The notes: generated by a model from the letters alone, not told the origin. 64,000 nucleotides of DNA from Alloprevotella sp. (GCA_045632685.1 JAZQXB010000056.1:8738-72737), one strand, 5' to 3'; numbered from the stretch's first letter, positions 30,359 through 41,343 are shown. Program-made: numbers and translations.

Positions 30359-31570
30359 ATGATTCATACCCTCCCCAACGGCCTTCGCATTATCCACGAA
30401 ACTTCGAACAGTTCCGTGGTGTATTGCGGTTATGTAGTTTGTAGCGGCACCCGCCATGAGGCACCTGAAGAAAGTGGCATGGCGCATTTCGTAGAACACA
30501 TGACCTTTAAGGGCACAGAGCGCAGAAAGGCAAGTCAGGTGACGGGAGCATTAGAGCGTGTGGGGGGCGACTTGAATGCCTCTACGAGTAAGCAAGAAAC
30601 GGTTTATACGGCTGCAGTGCTGAAAGAGGATGTGGCACGCGCCGTGGATTTACTTTCAGATATTGTATTCCACAGTACCTTTCCCCAGCACGAGGTGGAG
30701 CGTGAGGTGGAGGTGATTTGCGATGAGATAGACAGTTATTTAGATGCCCCTGCCGAACTCATCTTCGACGAATTTGAGAGTATGATTTATGCCGATGCAC
30801 CCCTTGGTCGCGATATTTTAGGTAATGCTGATACGCTGAAGACCTATACTACGGCAGACTTCCGTCGCTTTGTCGATCAGCATTACGTGCCCGAGAATTG
30901 CGTATTTTATGCTTACGGAGATGTGGATCCCAAGCGCTTGATTCGATTGGTCGAGACGGCGACGGCAGATGTGCAAAATAGTCCAAAACCTACGGTGGAA
31001 TCGTTGAAAACGAATTACGTACCCAAGACTATCGTGCGTGAAAAGGGTACACATCAAGCACACGTGGTGATTGGTGCTCCCGCCTTTGGTGCGAATGACG
31101 ACCGCCGTTTCGGAATGCTCCTCCTCAATAATATATTGGGCGGTCCAGGTATGAACTCTCGATTGAATGTTCAGGTGCGTGAGCGTGCAGGGTTGGTTTA
31201 TTCTATTGACAGTTACCTTTCTACTTATCCCGATACCGGAATGTGGAACGTCTATTTCGGGTGCGACCCTCACGATGTAAATCGTTGCTTGAATTTGGTA
31301 AAGAAAGAGTTGCGTAAATTGGCGGAAAAACCATTGACTCCCTCACAACTCCGCGCGGCACAGAAGCAGTTGAAGGGGCAAATCGGCATTTCTTGCGATA
31401 ACCGCGAAGGGTATGCCTTGGCACTCGGAAAAACCTTTGCGCACTACAATGTGCACCGCGATGTCAACAATCTTTACGAAGAGATTGACCGCCTTACGCC
31501 CGAGTTACTACAGGAGATTGCACGCGAAGTGTATGCTGAAGACAAACTTTCAACCTTGATTTATAAGTAA
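30359..31570 (+). CDS. M16 family zinc peptidase
   Basis: GMAHFVEHMTFKGT (HxxEH) motif. Confidence 0.95.
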   Translation: MIHTLPNGLRIIHETSNSSVVYCGYVVCSGTRHEAPEESGMAHFVEHMTFKGTERRKASQVTGALERVGGDLNASTSKQETVYTAAVLKEDVARAVDLLSDIVFHSTFPQHEVEREVEVICDEIDSYLDAPAELIFDEFESMIYADAPLGRDILGNADTLKTYTTADFRRFVDQHYVPENCVFYAYGDVDPKRLIRLVETATADVQNSPKPTVESLKTNYVPKTIVREKGTHQAHVVIGAPAFGANDDRRFGMLLLNNILGGPGMNSRLNVQVRERAGLVYSIDSYLSTYPDTGMWNVYFGCDPHDVNRCLNLVKKELRKLAEKPLTPSQLRAAQKQLKGQIGISCDNREGYALALGKTFAHYNVHRDVNNLYEEIDRLTPELLQEIAREVYAEDKLSTLIYK

Positions 31571-31612
31571 CAATCACGCCCGCCCCCAGTACTGGGAGCG
31601 GGCGTTATTATA

Positions 31613-31808
31613 TTCCGCACGGCGCTCTCCCCCTGTTTATAGGGGGAGGGGACCGCTTGCGGTGAGGGGGTGCTGATATAGCGAGTTGTTAGAAGTTAGG
31701 AATGAATAGGAGTGAAAAGTTAGTTATATATTCGGCGTGTATTGGCACCCCCTCACCACCAGAGGTGGTCCCCTCCCCCTATAAACAGGGGGAGAGCGCC
31801 ATCCGGAA
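31613..31808. repeat. Family A element, copy 5 (between convergent genes)
   Basis: Arms 31613-31673 and 31745-31808; spacer in opposite orientation to copies 1-4. Confidence 0.95.
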
Positions 31809-31812
31809 GCTT

Positions 31813-33282
31813 TTATTCAACCTCCACCTTTTCTTCTTCCACCACCGTCTGTTGTTCCTTCGGCCAATTCACCAAAAAGACTTGTTCGGAAGTGCGGGTA
31901 AAGGCGGTGTAAAGCCAGCGGAGGTAGGAAATGTCTGCCATGTCTTCCGTGAGATACCCTTGGTCGATATATACGTGCTCCCACTGTCCGCCCTGCGCCT
32001 TATGGCAGGTCACGGCATAGGCATACTTCAGTTGGAGGGCATTATAATACGGGTCTTCTCGGAGTTTCTTCATGCGCTCCCGCTTGGAGGGAATGTCAAA
32101 ATAATCATCGTAAACGGCTTGGAAGAGTTTTTCACTTTCCTCGTGCGTCAGCGAGGGTGACTCTGAATTCAACGTAGAAAGCAGTACGCGACATTCAATC
32201 TCACTATCGTCATAGTCGGGCAGGCGCAGGGTGGCGTCGGCAAACTGAAAACCATATTGCTCATGGATATTCCGCAAGCGCACCACCTCCATTATGTCAC
32301 CATTAGCCAAGAAGTCGGGCAAGCGGATTTCTTTCAGTTCTTCGGGCGAACAACCACGGCGTGCTTCGGTGGTCCAGAAATAGTTGTTCTTCACCACCAT
32401 CACCATATCGCCGCGCGTCAGCACCTCTTCACGGTCAAAGATGCGGGCGCGAATACCGTTGTTATAAATGTTCGCCCGCTTGTTAGAACGCGTCACGACA
32501 ATCGTACCCTCCGAACCATATTCGCGATAACTCGTTACAAGCGCTTCAATGAGTTCGTTGCCCGGGAGAAAGCGCACCTTGCCGTGGCGAGACCCCGTAA
32601 TTTCGGGGAGGCAGAAAATTTCGTTCGCAATCAGTTCGCGAAGTTGTGTAGCATTGTGGAGCACCCCCGACTTTGCGTCCTGACGCACCACCTCCGTAAG
32701 GTCTGCCTCATACACCTCCATACCGTAATAACGCATGGTCTCCGCACACAATGCTGGACTCTCGTCCTCACCCACAGGCGGAAGTTGGGCGGTGTCGCCC
32801 ACGAAAATAATTTTGCAATTCTCTGCCTCGAACACAAAGCGCAGGAGGTCTTCCAGCAGACTCCCACTGCCAAACATCTTGCTTCCGCCATCCCCCGTAG
32901 CTATCATGGAGGCTTCATCCACGATGAAGAGTGTGCCCTGATGCTTGTTGTATCCCAACCCGAAGCGCGTATCCTCGCCGTTAAACGTCTGCTGGCGGTA
33001 AATCGCCTTGTGAATGGTATATGCCGGAACCCCAGCATGGTGGGAGAACACCTTTGCCGCACGTCCCGTAGGCGCAAGGAGCACCACATGGCGGCGCATC
33101 TCCTTCATCACCTTCACCAGCGCCCCCACGAGTGAGGTTTTCCCCGTTCCGGCATACCCACGCAGAATGAACACCGACTGCTCATTTTGTGCCGCAAAGA
33201 AACGAGCCAACCCCCTTACAGCAGTTTGTTGACACGCCGTAAGGGGGTGGGGAAAGTGAGACTGAATGCGTTCGAGCAGCAT
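31813..33282 (-). CDS. RecD-like SF1B ATP-dependent DNA helicase
   Basis: GYAGTGKT, APTGRAA, VDEASM, GDTAQLPPV, YAVTCHKAQG and YTAFTR motifs. Confidence 0.92.
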   Translation of the reverse strand: MLLERIQSHFPHPLTACQQTAVRGLARFFAAQNEQSVFILRGYAGTGKTSLVGALVKVMKEMRRHVVLLAPTGRAAKVFSHHAGVPAYTIHKAIYRQQTFNGEDTRFGLGYNKHQGTLFIVDEASMIATGDGGSKMFGSGSLLEDLLRFVFEAENCKIIFVGDTAQLPPVGEDESPALCAETMRYYGMEVYEADLTEVVRQDAKSGVLHNATQLRELIANEIFCLPEITGSRHGKVRFLPGNELIEALVTSYREYGSEGTIVVTRSNKRANIYNNGIRARIFDREEVLTRGDMVMVVKNNYFWTTEARRGCSPEELKEIRLPDFLANGDIMEVVRLRNIHEQYGFQFADATLRLPDYDDSEIECRVLLSTLNSESPSLTHEESEKLFQAVYDDYFDIPSKRERMKKLREDPYYNALQLKYAYAVTCHKAQGGQWEHVYIDQGYLTEDMADISYLRWLYTAFTRTSEQVFLVNWPKEQQTVVEEEKVEVE

Positions 33283-33295
33283 TGTGAAGGGGATT

Positions 33296-34261
33296 TTACT
33301 GAATAGCGTCCAACATCTTCTTCAACACAACGGTTGCCGAGATTTCGCGGTTTGCCGCTTCGGGAATGACGAGTGAGCGGGGCGATTCAATCACGTCGTC
33401 GCTCACAATGACATTGCGGCGCACGGGCAAGCAGTGCATGAAGTGTGCGTCATTGGTCACCGCCATTTGGCGTTCCGTCACCGTCCAAGATTGGTCTTGG
33501 CAAAGAATCTTACCATAGTTTTCGGGGCAAGTAACACCTGGGCAACTCCAGTTCTTGGCATATACGAAGTCAGCACCCTCAAATGCTTTCATCTGGTCGT
33601 ACTCCACACGCGCATCGCCAACGAAGAGCGGGTCAAGTTCATAACCCTCGGGGTGTGTCACTACGAGGTCCACATCTCCCGCACGCATCCATTCCGCAAA
33701 ACTATTGGGCACCGCCTGTGGGAGTGCCTTGGGGTGGGGAGCCCAAGTCAAAACCACCTTGGGGCGCTTTGTTTCCTTATGTTCTTCAATCGTGATGAGG
33801 TCGGCAAGTGCCTGAAGGGGGTGTGCCGTAGCGCTTTCCATAGAGAACACGGGTTTGCCGCTATACTTGATAAACTGGTTGAGCACATGCTCTGTGTAGT
33901 CCTCCTGACGGTTGGTGAGTCCCGCAAAAGTGCGTACGCCGATAATGTCGCAGAACGAAGCCATCACGGGTATTGCCTCCAGGAGGTGTTCGCTCTTATC
34001 TCCGTCCATGATGACGCCACGCTCTGTTTCCAACTTCCAAGCGCCCTGATTTACGTCGAGTACAATAACATCAAGTCCCAAGTTGCGCGCCGCCTTCTGC
34101 GTAGAGAGGCGGGTGCGAAGGCTGTTGTTGAAAAACACGAGGAGTGCCGTTTTGCGCTTCCCGAGGTGTTCGTAAGCATAACGGTTTGCCTTAATTTCTT
34201 TTGCCAAGGCAAGCGCATCTGAAAGGTTGCCAAGGTCTTTTGCGTAAAGGAAAGTTTGCAT
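33296..34261 (-). CDS. argF: N-succinyl(acetyl)ornithine carbamoyltransferase ArgF'
   Basis: NSLRTR, HPLQ, WAPHPKALPQAV and MHCLP motifs typical of the AOTCase/SOTCase group. Confidence 0.93.
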   Translation of the reverse strand: MQTFLYAKDLGNLSDALALAKEIKANRYAYEHLGKRKTALLVFFNNSLRTRLSTQKAARNLGLDVIVLDVNQGAWKLETERGVIMDGDKSEHLLEAIPVMASFCDIIGVRTFAGLTNRQEDYTEHVLNQFIKYSGKPVFSMESATAHPLQALADLITIEEHKETKRPKVVLTWAPHPKALPQAVPNSFAEWMRAGDVDLVVTHPEGYELDPLFVGDARVEYDQMKAFEGADFVYAKNWSCPGVTCPENYGKILCQDQSWTVTERQMAVTNDAHFMHCLPVRRNVIVSDDVIESPRSLVIPEAANREISATVVLKKMLDAIQ

Positions 34262-34616
34262 ATCGGTTGAGTTTTTTTTAGGTTACAAGGTTGTGAGGTT
34301 TTAAGAAGCACCCATCGCGCGTTTATCTCGGTGCCCTTCTTGTCTACTTGTTTGTCTACTAACTCACAAAAATACAACTTTGCCCCCACATATCTTGCAT
34401 AATTCAGGTAATTCTTTCAGAAGCGCAATCTCGCACTACTCCCTTAACAAAAAATAACGGGGTACTCCTTTCCCGTCTTGTTGAAATGTTGTATTTTTGC
34501 TTTGATAAGTTAAAAAAGGTTGTCAGGACTTAAGGTCGTTCGATTCTAAAGAACTTTGCAGACTGCATAGACCTTATACCCTCAAACCTCCAACCTTATA
34601 ACCTCCAATTTAAATT

Positions 34617-35138
34617 ATGAAAAAGCAAATACTTATTCTTGTTGCGCTGTTTGCCATGGCAGCGTTTGGTGTGAATGCTACTGCACAGACTCCTGAAAGC
34701 AAGGGTGCAGTTGTGAAAACAATTGATGCTAACGTGGCAGGAACGGATGTTCTTTCTGCTATTGCCAAGAATTACGAAGGCAAGGTTGTGGTGATTGACT
34801 TCTGGGCAACTTGGTGCGGTCCTTGCCGCCAGGCAATGAAGTTGATTGACGAGATCAAACCCGAACTCCAGAAGAAAGGTGTGGTGTTTGTGTACCTTAC
34901 TGGCGAAACTTCACCCCTTGAAAAGTGGGAGGGTATGATTGCTACGATTGAAGGCGACCATTACCGCATCACGAATAAGCAGTGGGGCGCACTTTGCAGT
35001 AGTTTAGGTTTGCGTGGTATTCCTTCTTACATGATTCTCAATAAGGACGGTAGCACTGCCTACGACAACTTCAAGACGGGTGGTTATCCCGGTAGCGAAG
35101 TGCTCCAAAATCAGGCAGAAGTAGCTTTGACAAAGTAA
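34617..35138 (+). CDS. TlpA-like thioredoxin, secreted
   Basis: Signal peptide, DFWATWCGPC and GIP motifs. Confidence 0.92.
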   Translation: MKKQILILVALFAMAAFGVNATAQTPESKGAVVKTIDANVAGTDVLSAIAKNYEGKVVVIDFWATWCGPCRQAMKLIDEIKPELQKKGVVFVYLTGETSPLEKWEGMIATIEGDHYRITNKQWGALCSSLGLRGIPSYMILNKDGSTAYDNFKTGGYPGSEVLQNQAEVALTK

Positions 35139-35149
35139 ATCAATAAAAG

Positions 35150-35180
35150 GAGGGTGTGTCAAGACCTTTGACGCACCCTC
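35150..35180. repeat. Family E hairpin GAGGGTGTGTCAA-N5-TTGACGCACCCTC (possible terminator)
   Basis: 13-bp stem; related hairpin at 48940-48975. Confidence 0.65.
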
Positions 35181-35194
35181 TGTGTTATTTCTAT

Positions 35195-36295
35195 ATGAAC
35201 AATCGAGTATTGGTGGCGATGTCGGGTGGAGTGGATAGCTCCGCTGTGTGCTTATTGCTTCAGGAACAAGGTTATGAAGTGGTAGGCATGACGATGCGCG
35301 TCTATGATTTGCCCCGTCAGTTTTCCGAAGGTGCTACGGAACCCGATTTCATCGAAAGTGCGCGTCGCCTGGCACAAGAATTAGGCATTGAGCACCATGT
35401 GGTGGACGTTCGCGAGGAGTTTCGTGCATCCATTGTCCAGTATTTCCTCGACGAGTACCGACAGGGGCGCACGCCCAACCCTTGTGTGCGTTGCAACCGC
35501 GATTTTAAGTTCCGCTTGCTCCATGAGTTGGCAGATAAATTGGGGTGCGACCGCATGGCAACGGGACATTATGTCAAAACCGTCAGTCACGCAGGCAACG
35601 ACTACCTCCTGATGGGCGACGATGTGCGCAAGGACCAATCGTATTTCTTGTGGCGTGTGCCGCAAGAGACACTTTGCCGTTGTCTGTTCCCCCTCGGTAC
35701 GATGGAGAAGGCGGAGGTGCGCCGTGTCCTTGCTGAACGCGGATTTGAATGGCGCGCCAAGCAAGCAGAGTCGATGGAAGTGTGCTTCGTAGAAGCCGAT
35801 TATCGCGACTTTCTGCGCGAACAGTTGCCCACCCTTGCCGATGAAGTGGCAGGAGGTTTCTTCGTGGACGGAGCCGGTCGCCGATTGGGACAACACTTGG
35901 GCGTTCCCTTCTACACCGTTGGGCAGCGCAAGGGCTTAGGTATCGCCCTTGGAAAACCCGCTTACGTGTTGCGCCTTAATGCGGAGAAAAACACCATCGT
36001 GCTTGGCGATGAAACCGAACTCCTTACGCAAGCATTCTTTGCCGAAGATGCCCAATTCGTCGATGAAACCGAGGTTTTTTCAGCGCCCGACCTTATGGTG
36101 CGCGTCCGCTACCACTCTCAACCTGTGCCTTGTAAAATAGAGCGCCTTGATGATGGGCGCTTGTTGCTCAAGACTGAAACTCCCGTCAGCGCCATTACCC
36201 CCGGGCAAAGCGCCGTGCTTTATATTGGCAACCGCTTGGTGGGCGGTGCGATTATTGGCAATCAGCGCGGCATAGGCGCTTATTTGGCGCAGTAA
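35195..36295 (+). CDS. mnmA: tRNA 2-thiouridylase MnmA
   Basis: AMSGGVDS, TPNPC, ATGHY, KDQSYFL, TVGQRKG and TPGQ motifs. Confidence 0.96.
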   Translation: MNNRVLVAMSGGVDSSAVCLLLQEQGYEVVGMTMRVYDLPRQFSEGATEPDFIESARRLAQELGIEHHVVDVREEFRASIVQYFLDEYRQGRTPNPCVRCNRDFKFRLLHELADKLGCDRMATGHYVKTVSHAGNDYLLMGDDVRKDQSYFLWRVPQETLCRCLFPLGTMEKAEVRRVLAERGFEWRAKQAESMEVCFVEADYRDFLREQLPTLADEVAGGFFVDGAGRRLGQHLGVPFYTVGQRKGLGIALGKPAYVLRLNAEKNTIVLGDETELLTQAFFAEDAQFVDETEVFSAPDLMVRVRYHSQPVPCKIERLDDGRLLLKTETPVSAITPGQSAVLYIGNRLVGGAIIGNQRGIGAYLAQ

Positions 36296-36412
36296 GCAGC
36301 GCAGGCAATCCCTTCCCAATCTCTCGTTCGCTCCGTTGCGACACGTTCGCTTCGTTGCGACAGCGTCGCAACGTACTTAACTGGCGTCGCGACGGACTTA
36401 ACCTTTTAGACA

Positions 36413-37009
36413 ATGAAAACCCTCCTATACATCCACGGCTTCGGCTCATCCGGCTCTTCCGGAACGGTAATGATGCTCCGCCAAATGCTGTATCCTCATG
36501 GCGTAAAGGTGATTGCGCCCGACTTGCCCGTGCTTCCCGCTGACGCCATCGCGCTCTTGCGCAACTTGGTGGAAACGGAAAATCCCGATCTTATTATCGG
36601 CACCTCGATGGGCGGATTCTACACGGAATTGCTCCGCGGAAGAAAACGCATTCTGGTAAATCCCAGTTTTAAGATGGCGCGCCTGCTCACCTTTAAGGGC
36701 ATGGGGCGCTACCCCTTCCTCAACAAGCGCGAAGATGGGGCGAAAGACTTCAAGGTGGACAAGGTGATGATTGACCAATTCAAGACCTTGGAGAAAGAAT
36801 CCTTTGCCAAAATCACCCCCGAGGAACGCGCAAACGTCTATGCCTTCTTTGGCAATGCCGACAAGGTCACCAAGGAGTTTCAACCCGTCTTCTGCAAGCA
36901 TTACGGCAAGGACCATTTCACCGTCTTTGAGGGTGAGCACCGCTTGAATGATGAAATTCTCAATAAAGTAGTGCTGCCACTTATCAAGGAACTTTTAGAC
37001 ATTCATTAA
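36413..37009 (+). CDS. YqiA/YcfP family alpha/beta hydrolase
   Basis: YIHGFGSS, GTSMGG and LVNP motifs. Confidence 0.88.
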   Translation: MKTLLYIHGFGSSGSSGTVMMLRQMLYPHGVKVIAPDLPVLPADAIALLRNLVETENPDLIIGTSMGGFYTELLRGRKRILVNPSFKMARLLTFKGMGRYPFLNKREDGAKDFKVDKVMIDQFKTLEKESFAKITPEERANVYAFFGNADKVTKEFQPVFCKHYGKDHFTVFEGEHRLNDEILNKVVLPLIKELLDIH

Positions 37010-37021
37010 AACTACAAACGC

Positions 37022-38245
37022 ATGACTCCCCTCAGCCTATACGAACTGAATTGTGCCGTAAGCGAGGCCATAGAAGCTAATTTCAACGACACCTATTGGG
37101 TGGCGGCGGAATTGAGCGAGGCACGCGTGGCATCCAATGGGCATTGCTACGTAGAGTTTGTGGAGAAGGACGAGAGTGGTAGTAATATCCTTGCCCGAGC
37201 ACGCGGAAATATTTGGCGCAATGCCTACCAAAATATTGCCTTCCGCTTCCGAATGGCTACGGGAACAGACCTGCAAGCGGGCATGAAGGTGCTTTGTTTG
37301 GTGAGTGTGAACTTCCATCCGCTCTATGGGTATTCCTTGACGGTCACAGACGTAGATCCCACTTACACACTCGGAGATATTGCCAAGCGCAGGCAGGAGA
37401 TTTTGGCGCAATTAGAACAGGAGGGCGTTTTAGAAGGTAACTTAAACCTGCAACTCCCACGCCCCTTGCGCCGCATCGCTGTGATTTCAAGCAGTAAGGC
37501 GGCGGGTTTCGGCGACTTCCAAGACCAGTTGGCGCAATCGGGTTATCCTTTTGAATGTACCCTTTTTCCCGCCATCATGCAGGGAGAACAGGTGGAGGAA
37601 ACTGTTATTCGTGCCCTTCAAGCGGTGTGTGCAGACGCACAAGTCTGGGACTGTATTGTAATCATCCGAGGCGGGGGGGCGGCTGCCGACCTTTACGGTT
37701 TTGAATCCTTAAACTTGGCGCGCGCCGTGGCGTGTTGTCCCATCCCAGTGATTACGGGAATTGGGCATGAGCGTGACGAAACGGTCATTGATTTTGTAGC
37801 CAACACGCGACTCAAAACTCCCACCGCCGTAGCCGCATTCTTGATTGAGCAACGCCGTAATGAGGTGGACCTCGTGGCGGAATTAGAGGCGCGCCTCTAT
37901 ACTTCTGCCCAGCGATTCCTTTCGCGAGAAGAGCAAAACCTGCTCGTGCTCACGCAACAGTTGCGCATCTTGGCACATCAGGCAACGGCGCAAGAACAAG
38001 AGCGACTGGCACAACTCCGCACCGCCATTCAGTTGCTCGCCAAGCAAACCTTGCGCACGGAAAGTCACCACCTTTCGCTCTTTGAAAAGAGTCTGCAACT
38101 CGCTGATCCCCAACACATCCTCTCCCTGGGTTACAGCGTGACCCGCCTGAACGGAAAAGTCGTGACCAATGCCGAAAGCCTCAACCCTGGTGACCTTTTG
38201 GAAACGCAATTAGCACAAGGAACAGTCACGACAAGAGTTGTGTAA
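37022..38245 (+). CDS. xseA: Exodeoxyribonuclease VII large subunit
   Basis: GHCY OB fold, IIRGGG, GIGHERD and TPTA motifs. Confidence 0.96.
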   Translation: MTPLSLYELNCAVSEAIEANFNDTYWVAAELSEARVASNGHCYVEFVEKDESGSNILARARGNIWRNAYQNIAFRFRMATGTDLQAGMKVLCLVSVNFHPLYGYSLTVTDVDPTYTLGDIAKRRQEILAQLEQEGVLEGNLNLQLPRPLRRIAVISSSKAAGFGDFQDQLAQSGYPFECTLFPAIMQGEQVEETVIRALQAVCADAQVWDCIVIIRGGGAAADLYGFESLNLARAVACCPIPVITGIGHERDETVIDFVANTRLKTPTAVAAFLIEQRRNEVDLVAELEARLYTSAQRFLSREEQNLLVLTQQLRILAHQATAQEQERLAQLRTAIQLLAKQTLRTESHHLSLFEKSLQLADPQHILSLGYSVTRLNGKVVTNAESLNPGDLLETQLAQGTVTTRVV

Positions 38246-38313
38246 CGCTAAAGACCTTAAAGACTTTAGAGACCTTAAAGACCCTCATAACCTTACACCT
38301 CAAAACCTCAAAA

Positions 38314-38499
38314 ATGACCTACACCCAAGCCACCCAGCGCCTTCAAGAAATCGTAGCATCTCTTGAATCGGGCACACTAAACGTAGATACGCTCGCCGCG
38401 CAAATCAAAGAGGCGCAGCAATTACTTGCGTTCTGCAAGGAGCGCCTTACGGCAACCACCCAAGAACTTGAAAACATATTAAACAATGAGCAAGAATAA
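38314..38499 (+). CDS. xseB: Exodeoxyribonuclease VII small subunit
   Basis: Y..A..RL.EIV..LE...C pattern; adjacent to xseA. Confidence 0.92.
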   Translation: MTYTQATQRLQEIVASLESGTLNVDTLAAQIKEAQQLLAFCKERLTATTQELENILNNEQE

Positions 38500-39265
38500 A
38501 CTCTCCAAGTTTGCCGACATGGCAAGTTACCCCCACGTGTTTGAAGCCCCCTTCCAAGCACTCGACACGGAGGCACAGTTTGAAATGAAGGGCCACTGGC
38601 ACGAGCGCTTCTTTAAGAACAACAATCCCATCGTACTCGAACTCGGTTGCGGACGCGGAGAATACACCGTGGGTCTCGGACGCCTTTTCCCCGATAAGAA
38701 TTTTATCGGCGTAGATATCAAGGGTGCGCGCATGTGGACGGGTGCTACGGAAAGCCTTAAGGCGGGCATGACCAACGTAGCCTTTTTGCGCACCAATATT
38801 GAGTTCATCCAGCGCTTCTTTGCCCCTGGTGAAGTGGCAGAAATCTGGTTGACCTTCTCCGACCCCCAAATGAAGAAGGTAACCAAGCGCTTGACCTCCA
38901 CCTACTTCATGGAGCGCTACCGCGGTTTCCTTCAAGACGGCGGACTTATCCACTTGAAGACCGACAGCAACTTCCTCTTTACCTATACCAACTACATGGT
39001 GGAGAAGAACAACCTGCCCGTGCTCTTCAAGACCGAAGACCTTTACAACATGTTGGCATCAGAAACCGATGATGAGGTAAAGCAGATTCTTGGCATCCAA
39101 ACGTATTACGAGCAGCAGTGGCTCACGCGCGGACTGACCATTAAGTATTTGAAGTTCCAACTTCCTGCGGTGGGCGAACTCGTAGAGCCCGAAGTAGAAA
39201 TCGAACTTGATGACTACCGCAGCTATAACCGCTCGAAGCGTTCGGGACTGGAAACGTCTAAATAG
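38486..39265 (+). CDS. trmB: tRNA (guanine-N7)-methyltransferase
   Basis: [20 protein letters not shown] and T.YE motifs. Confidence 0.95.
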   Translation: MSKNKLSKFADMASYPHVFEAPFQALDTEAQFEMKGHWHERFFKNNNPIVLELGCGRGEYTVGLGRLFPDKNFIGVDIKGARMWTGATESLKAGMTNVAFLRTNIEFIQRFFAPGEVAEIWLTFSDPQMKKVTKRLTSTYFMERYRGFLQDGGLIHLKTDSNFLFTYTNYMVEKNNLPVLFKTEDLYNMLASETDDEVKQILGIQTYYEQQWLTRGLTIKYLKFQLPAVGELVEPEVEIELDDYRSYNRSKRSGLETSK

Positions 39266-39465
39266 GTCATAGATTTCAGTGGTATCCGTCATAGAAAAAA
39301 TACCACGCCTTGGAAATAAATTTTTATGCCGAGAAAATAAATTTTTCTGCCGAGAAAATTTTTCCGGAAATAATCTAATTCTAAGGATAGGCGTGTACCG
39401 CTGTTTCTGTACCCTTATTTTCACTCGTACCTCGTTTACTAATCTACCTATAGTGCATTCTTGAT

Positions 39466-40404
39466 ATGTTTCAGTCGCGCACGCTTCAAGGCATACTTTT
39501 AGGCATGATTGCTGCCGTATGCTACGGTTTGATACCCACCTTCACGTTACCCATTTCTGGTGAAACGGGTGGTGAGCACGCATTGAGTGATTTATCGGTA
39601 ATGTTTTACCGATTTATCTTTGCCGCCTTGGTGTTGGGAGGAGTGATGCTTTTTAAGCGTCAAAATTTTCGCATCACGCGTGATGAGTTGGTAACGCTCA
39701 TCTATCTTGCTTTCCTTTCCGATGGTGCTGCCCTCTTCTTGATTGCAGGTTATCCCTATCTCTCTTCGGGTGTAGCCACGACCATCCACTTCCTTTATCC
39801 CGTGATGATTACGCTCATCATGGTGGCGTTTTACCATGAGGCGCGCAAACTCTCCACGTTCTTGGCTGTGGGGATGGCAGTCGCGGGTGTCGGGGTGCTC
39901 TCTTATCAGTCGGGGCAGGGCATCAATATGCGTGGGGTGATGTTGGAATTAGTATCCGCCTTCTGCTACGCCTTTTATATGATTCGTGTGAGCCGTTCGC
40001 GCGTGCAACACATGGACGGACTGAAACTTACGTTCTATGTCATGCTGATAGGCGGACTTATATTTGGTGCAGAGGCGTTCCGCCAAGAAAGTTTGCAACT
40101 GCTGACCACGCAGGTGCAGTGGGTAAACATCTTTGCGCTTGTCATGATCTGTACGGTCGTTACCAACCTCTCGCTGGTACTTTCTGTACAGCGTATTGGT
40201 TCAACGATGACCGCTGTGCTTGGTGCACTCGAACCCCTTACGGCGGTGGCGCTCGGTTGTCTTTTCTTCAACGAAGCCTTTACTTGGAATGTAGGGGTAG
40301 GCGTTGCGATGATCATTCCCGCCGTACTCATTATTATATACACGCGCACGCGTAAATCATCCGAAAAACAGTCTGAATTGTCTTCTGTATCCCCTAATTC
40401 GTAG
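39466..40404 (+). CDS. EamA/DMT family transporter
   Basis: About 10 TM helices in two repeats; FLYP and LEP motifs. Confidence 0.9.
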   Translation: MFQSRTLQGILLGMIAAVCYGLIPTFTLPISGETGGEHALSDLSVMFYRFIFAALVLGGVMLFKRQNFRITRDELVTLIYLAFLSDGAALFLIAGYPYLSSGVATTIHFLYPVMITLIMVAFYHEARKLSTFLAVGMAVAGVGVLSYQSGQGINMRGVMLELVSAFCYAFYMIRVSRSRVQHMDGLKLTFYVMLIGGLIFGAEAFRQESLQLLTTQVQWVNIFALVMICTVVTNLSLVLSVQRIGSTMTAVLGALEPLTAVALGCLFFNEAFTWNVGVGVAMIIPAVLIIIYTRTRKSSEKQSELSSVSPNS

Positions 40405-40499
40405 ATTAGTAGGACTCTATATTGCAGAAAAAGAAAAAAAATCTTAATTTTGCAAAAATTTTTTTCTTATACAATCCGTAGAATAGAACATTTCTAACC

Positions 40500-41324
40500 T
40501 TGGAAACCTTTAAGATTGACATAGATAAGGTGCTGCAAAGCAAGATGGGTGCAAAGTCAAAATGGGTGCCCCGCTTTGTGGTAAACTGGTTGAAGCGCAT
40601 TGTGCACCAAGACGAAATCAACCGCTTTATTGAGTTGGAGGGGGACAAGCAGGGCGTAGAATGGATTGAGGATTGTTTGGAATATTTGGATACGAAGGTA
40701 GTCGTTGAGGGCACAGAGAACCTCCCCGATGCATCCGACCCACGTCGTTACACCTTTGTGAGCAATCACCCTCTTGGGGGCTTGGATGGTCTCGCATTGG
40801 GGGCAGTAATTGGACGGAGGTACGAGGGGCAGGTGAAATATTTGGTCAATGACCTGCTGATGAACTTGAAGGGGCTCGCTCCGCTCTTTATTCCCATCAA
40901 TAAGACGGGCAAGCAGAGTCGCAATTTCCCTGCTATTGTTGAGGCGGGTTTTTCGAGCGACAACCATATCATCATGTTTCCCGCAGGACTCTGTTCGCGC
41001 CGTACGAACGGTGTGATTCGCGACTTGGAATGGAAGAAGACGTTCGTCACCAAGAGCGTTGAGACACAGCGCGATGTAGTGCCCATTTATTTTGAGGGAA
41101 GAAATTCTGACTTCTTCTATCGTCTTGCCAATGTGAGTAAAGCGCTGGGCATTAAGTTCAACATCGCAATGCTCTTCCTGGCAGATGAGCTTTTTAAGAA
41201 CCAGCACAACACCTTCACCGTGCGTATCGGGAAACCGATTCCCTGGCAGACATTTGACAAGTCAAAGTCGCCCATAGAGTGGGCGCAGCACGTCAAGGAA
41301 CAAGTGTACGCAATGCAAAATTGA
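40500..41324 (+). CDS. PlsC-like O-acyltransferase (GlsA-like, glycine lipid synthesis)
   Basis: NHPLGGLD and FPAG motifs; paired with a downstream GNAT gene; TTG start. Confidence 0.82.
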   Translation: METFKIDIDKVLQSKMGAKSKWVPRFVVNWLKRIVHQDEINRFIELEGDKQGVEWIEDCLEYLDTKVVVEGTENLPDASDPRRYTFVSNHPLGGLDGLALGAVIGRRYEGQVKYLVNDLLMNLKGLAPLFIPINKTGKQSRNFPAIVEAGFSSDNHIIMFPAGLCSRRTNGVIRDLEWKKTFVTKSVETQRDVVPIYFEGRNSDFFYRLANVSKALGIKFNIAMLFLADELFKNQHNTFTVRIGKPIPWQTFDKSKSPIEWAQHVKEQVYAMQN

Positions 41325-41343
41325 TAATATTGCTCCAATTTCA

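Noticed and set aside
31813..33282. RecD-like helicase as part of the family A system
   Set aside because: It lies directly downstream of argF' in core context and is a usual Bacteroidales gene; only one element adjoins it, at the convergent gap.
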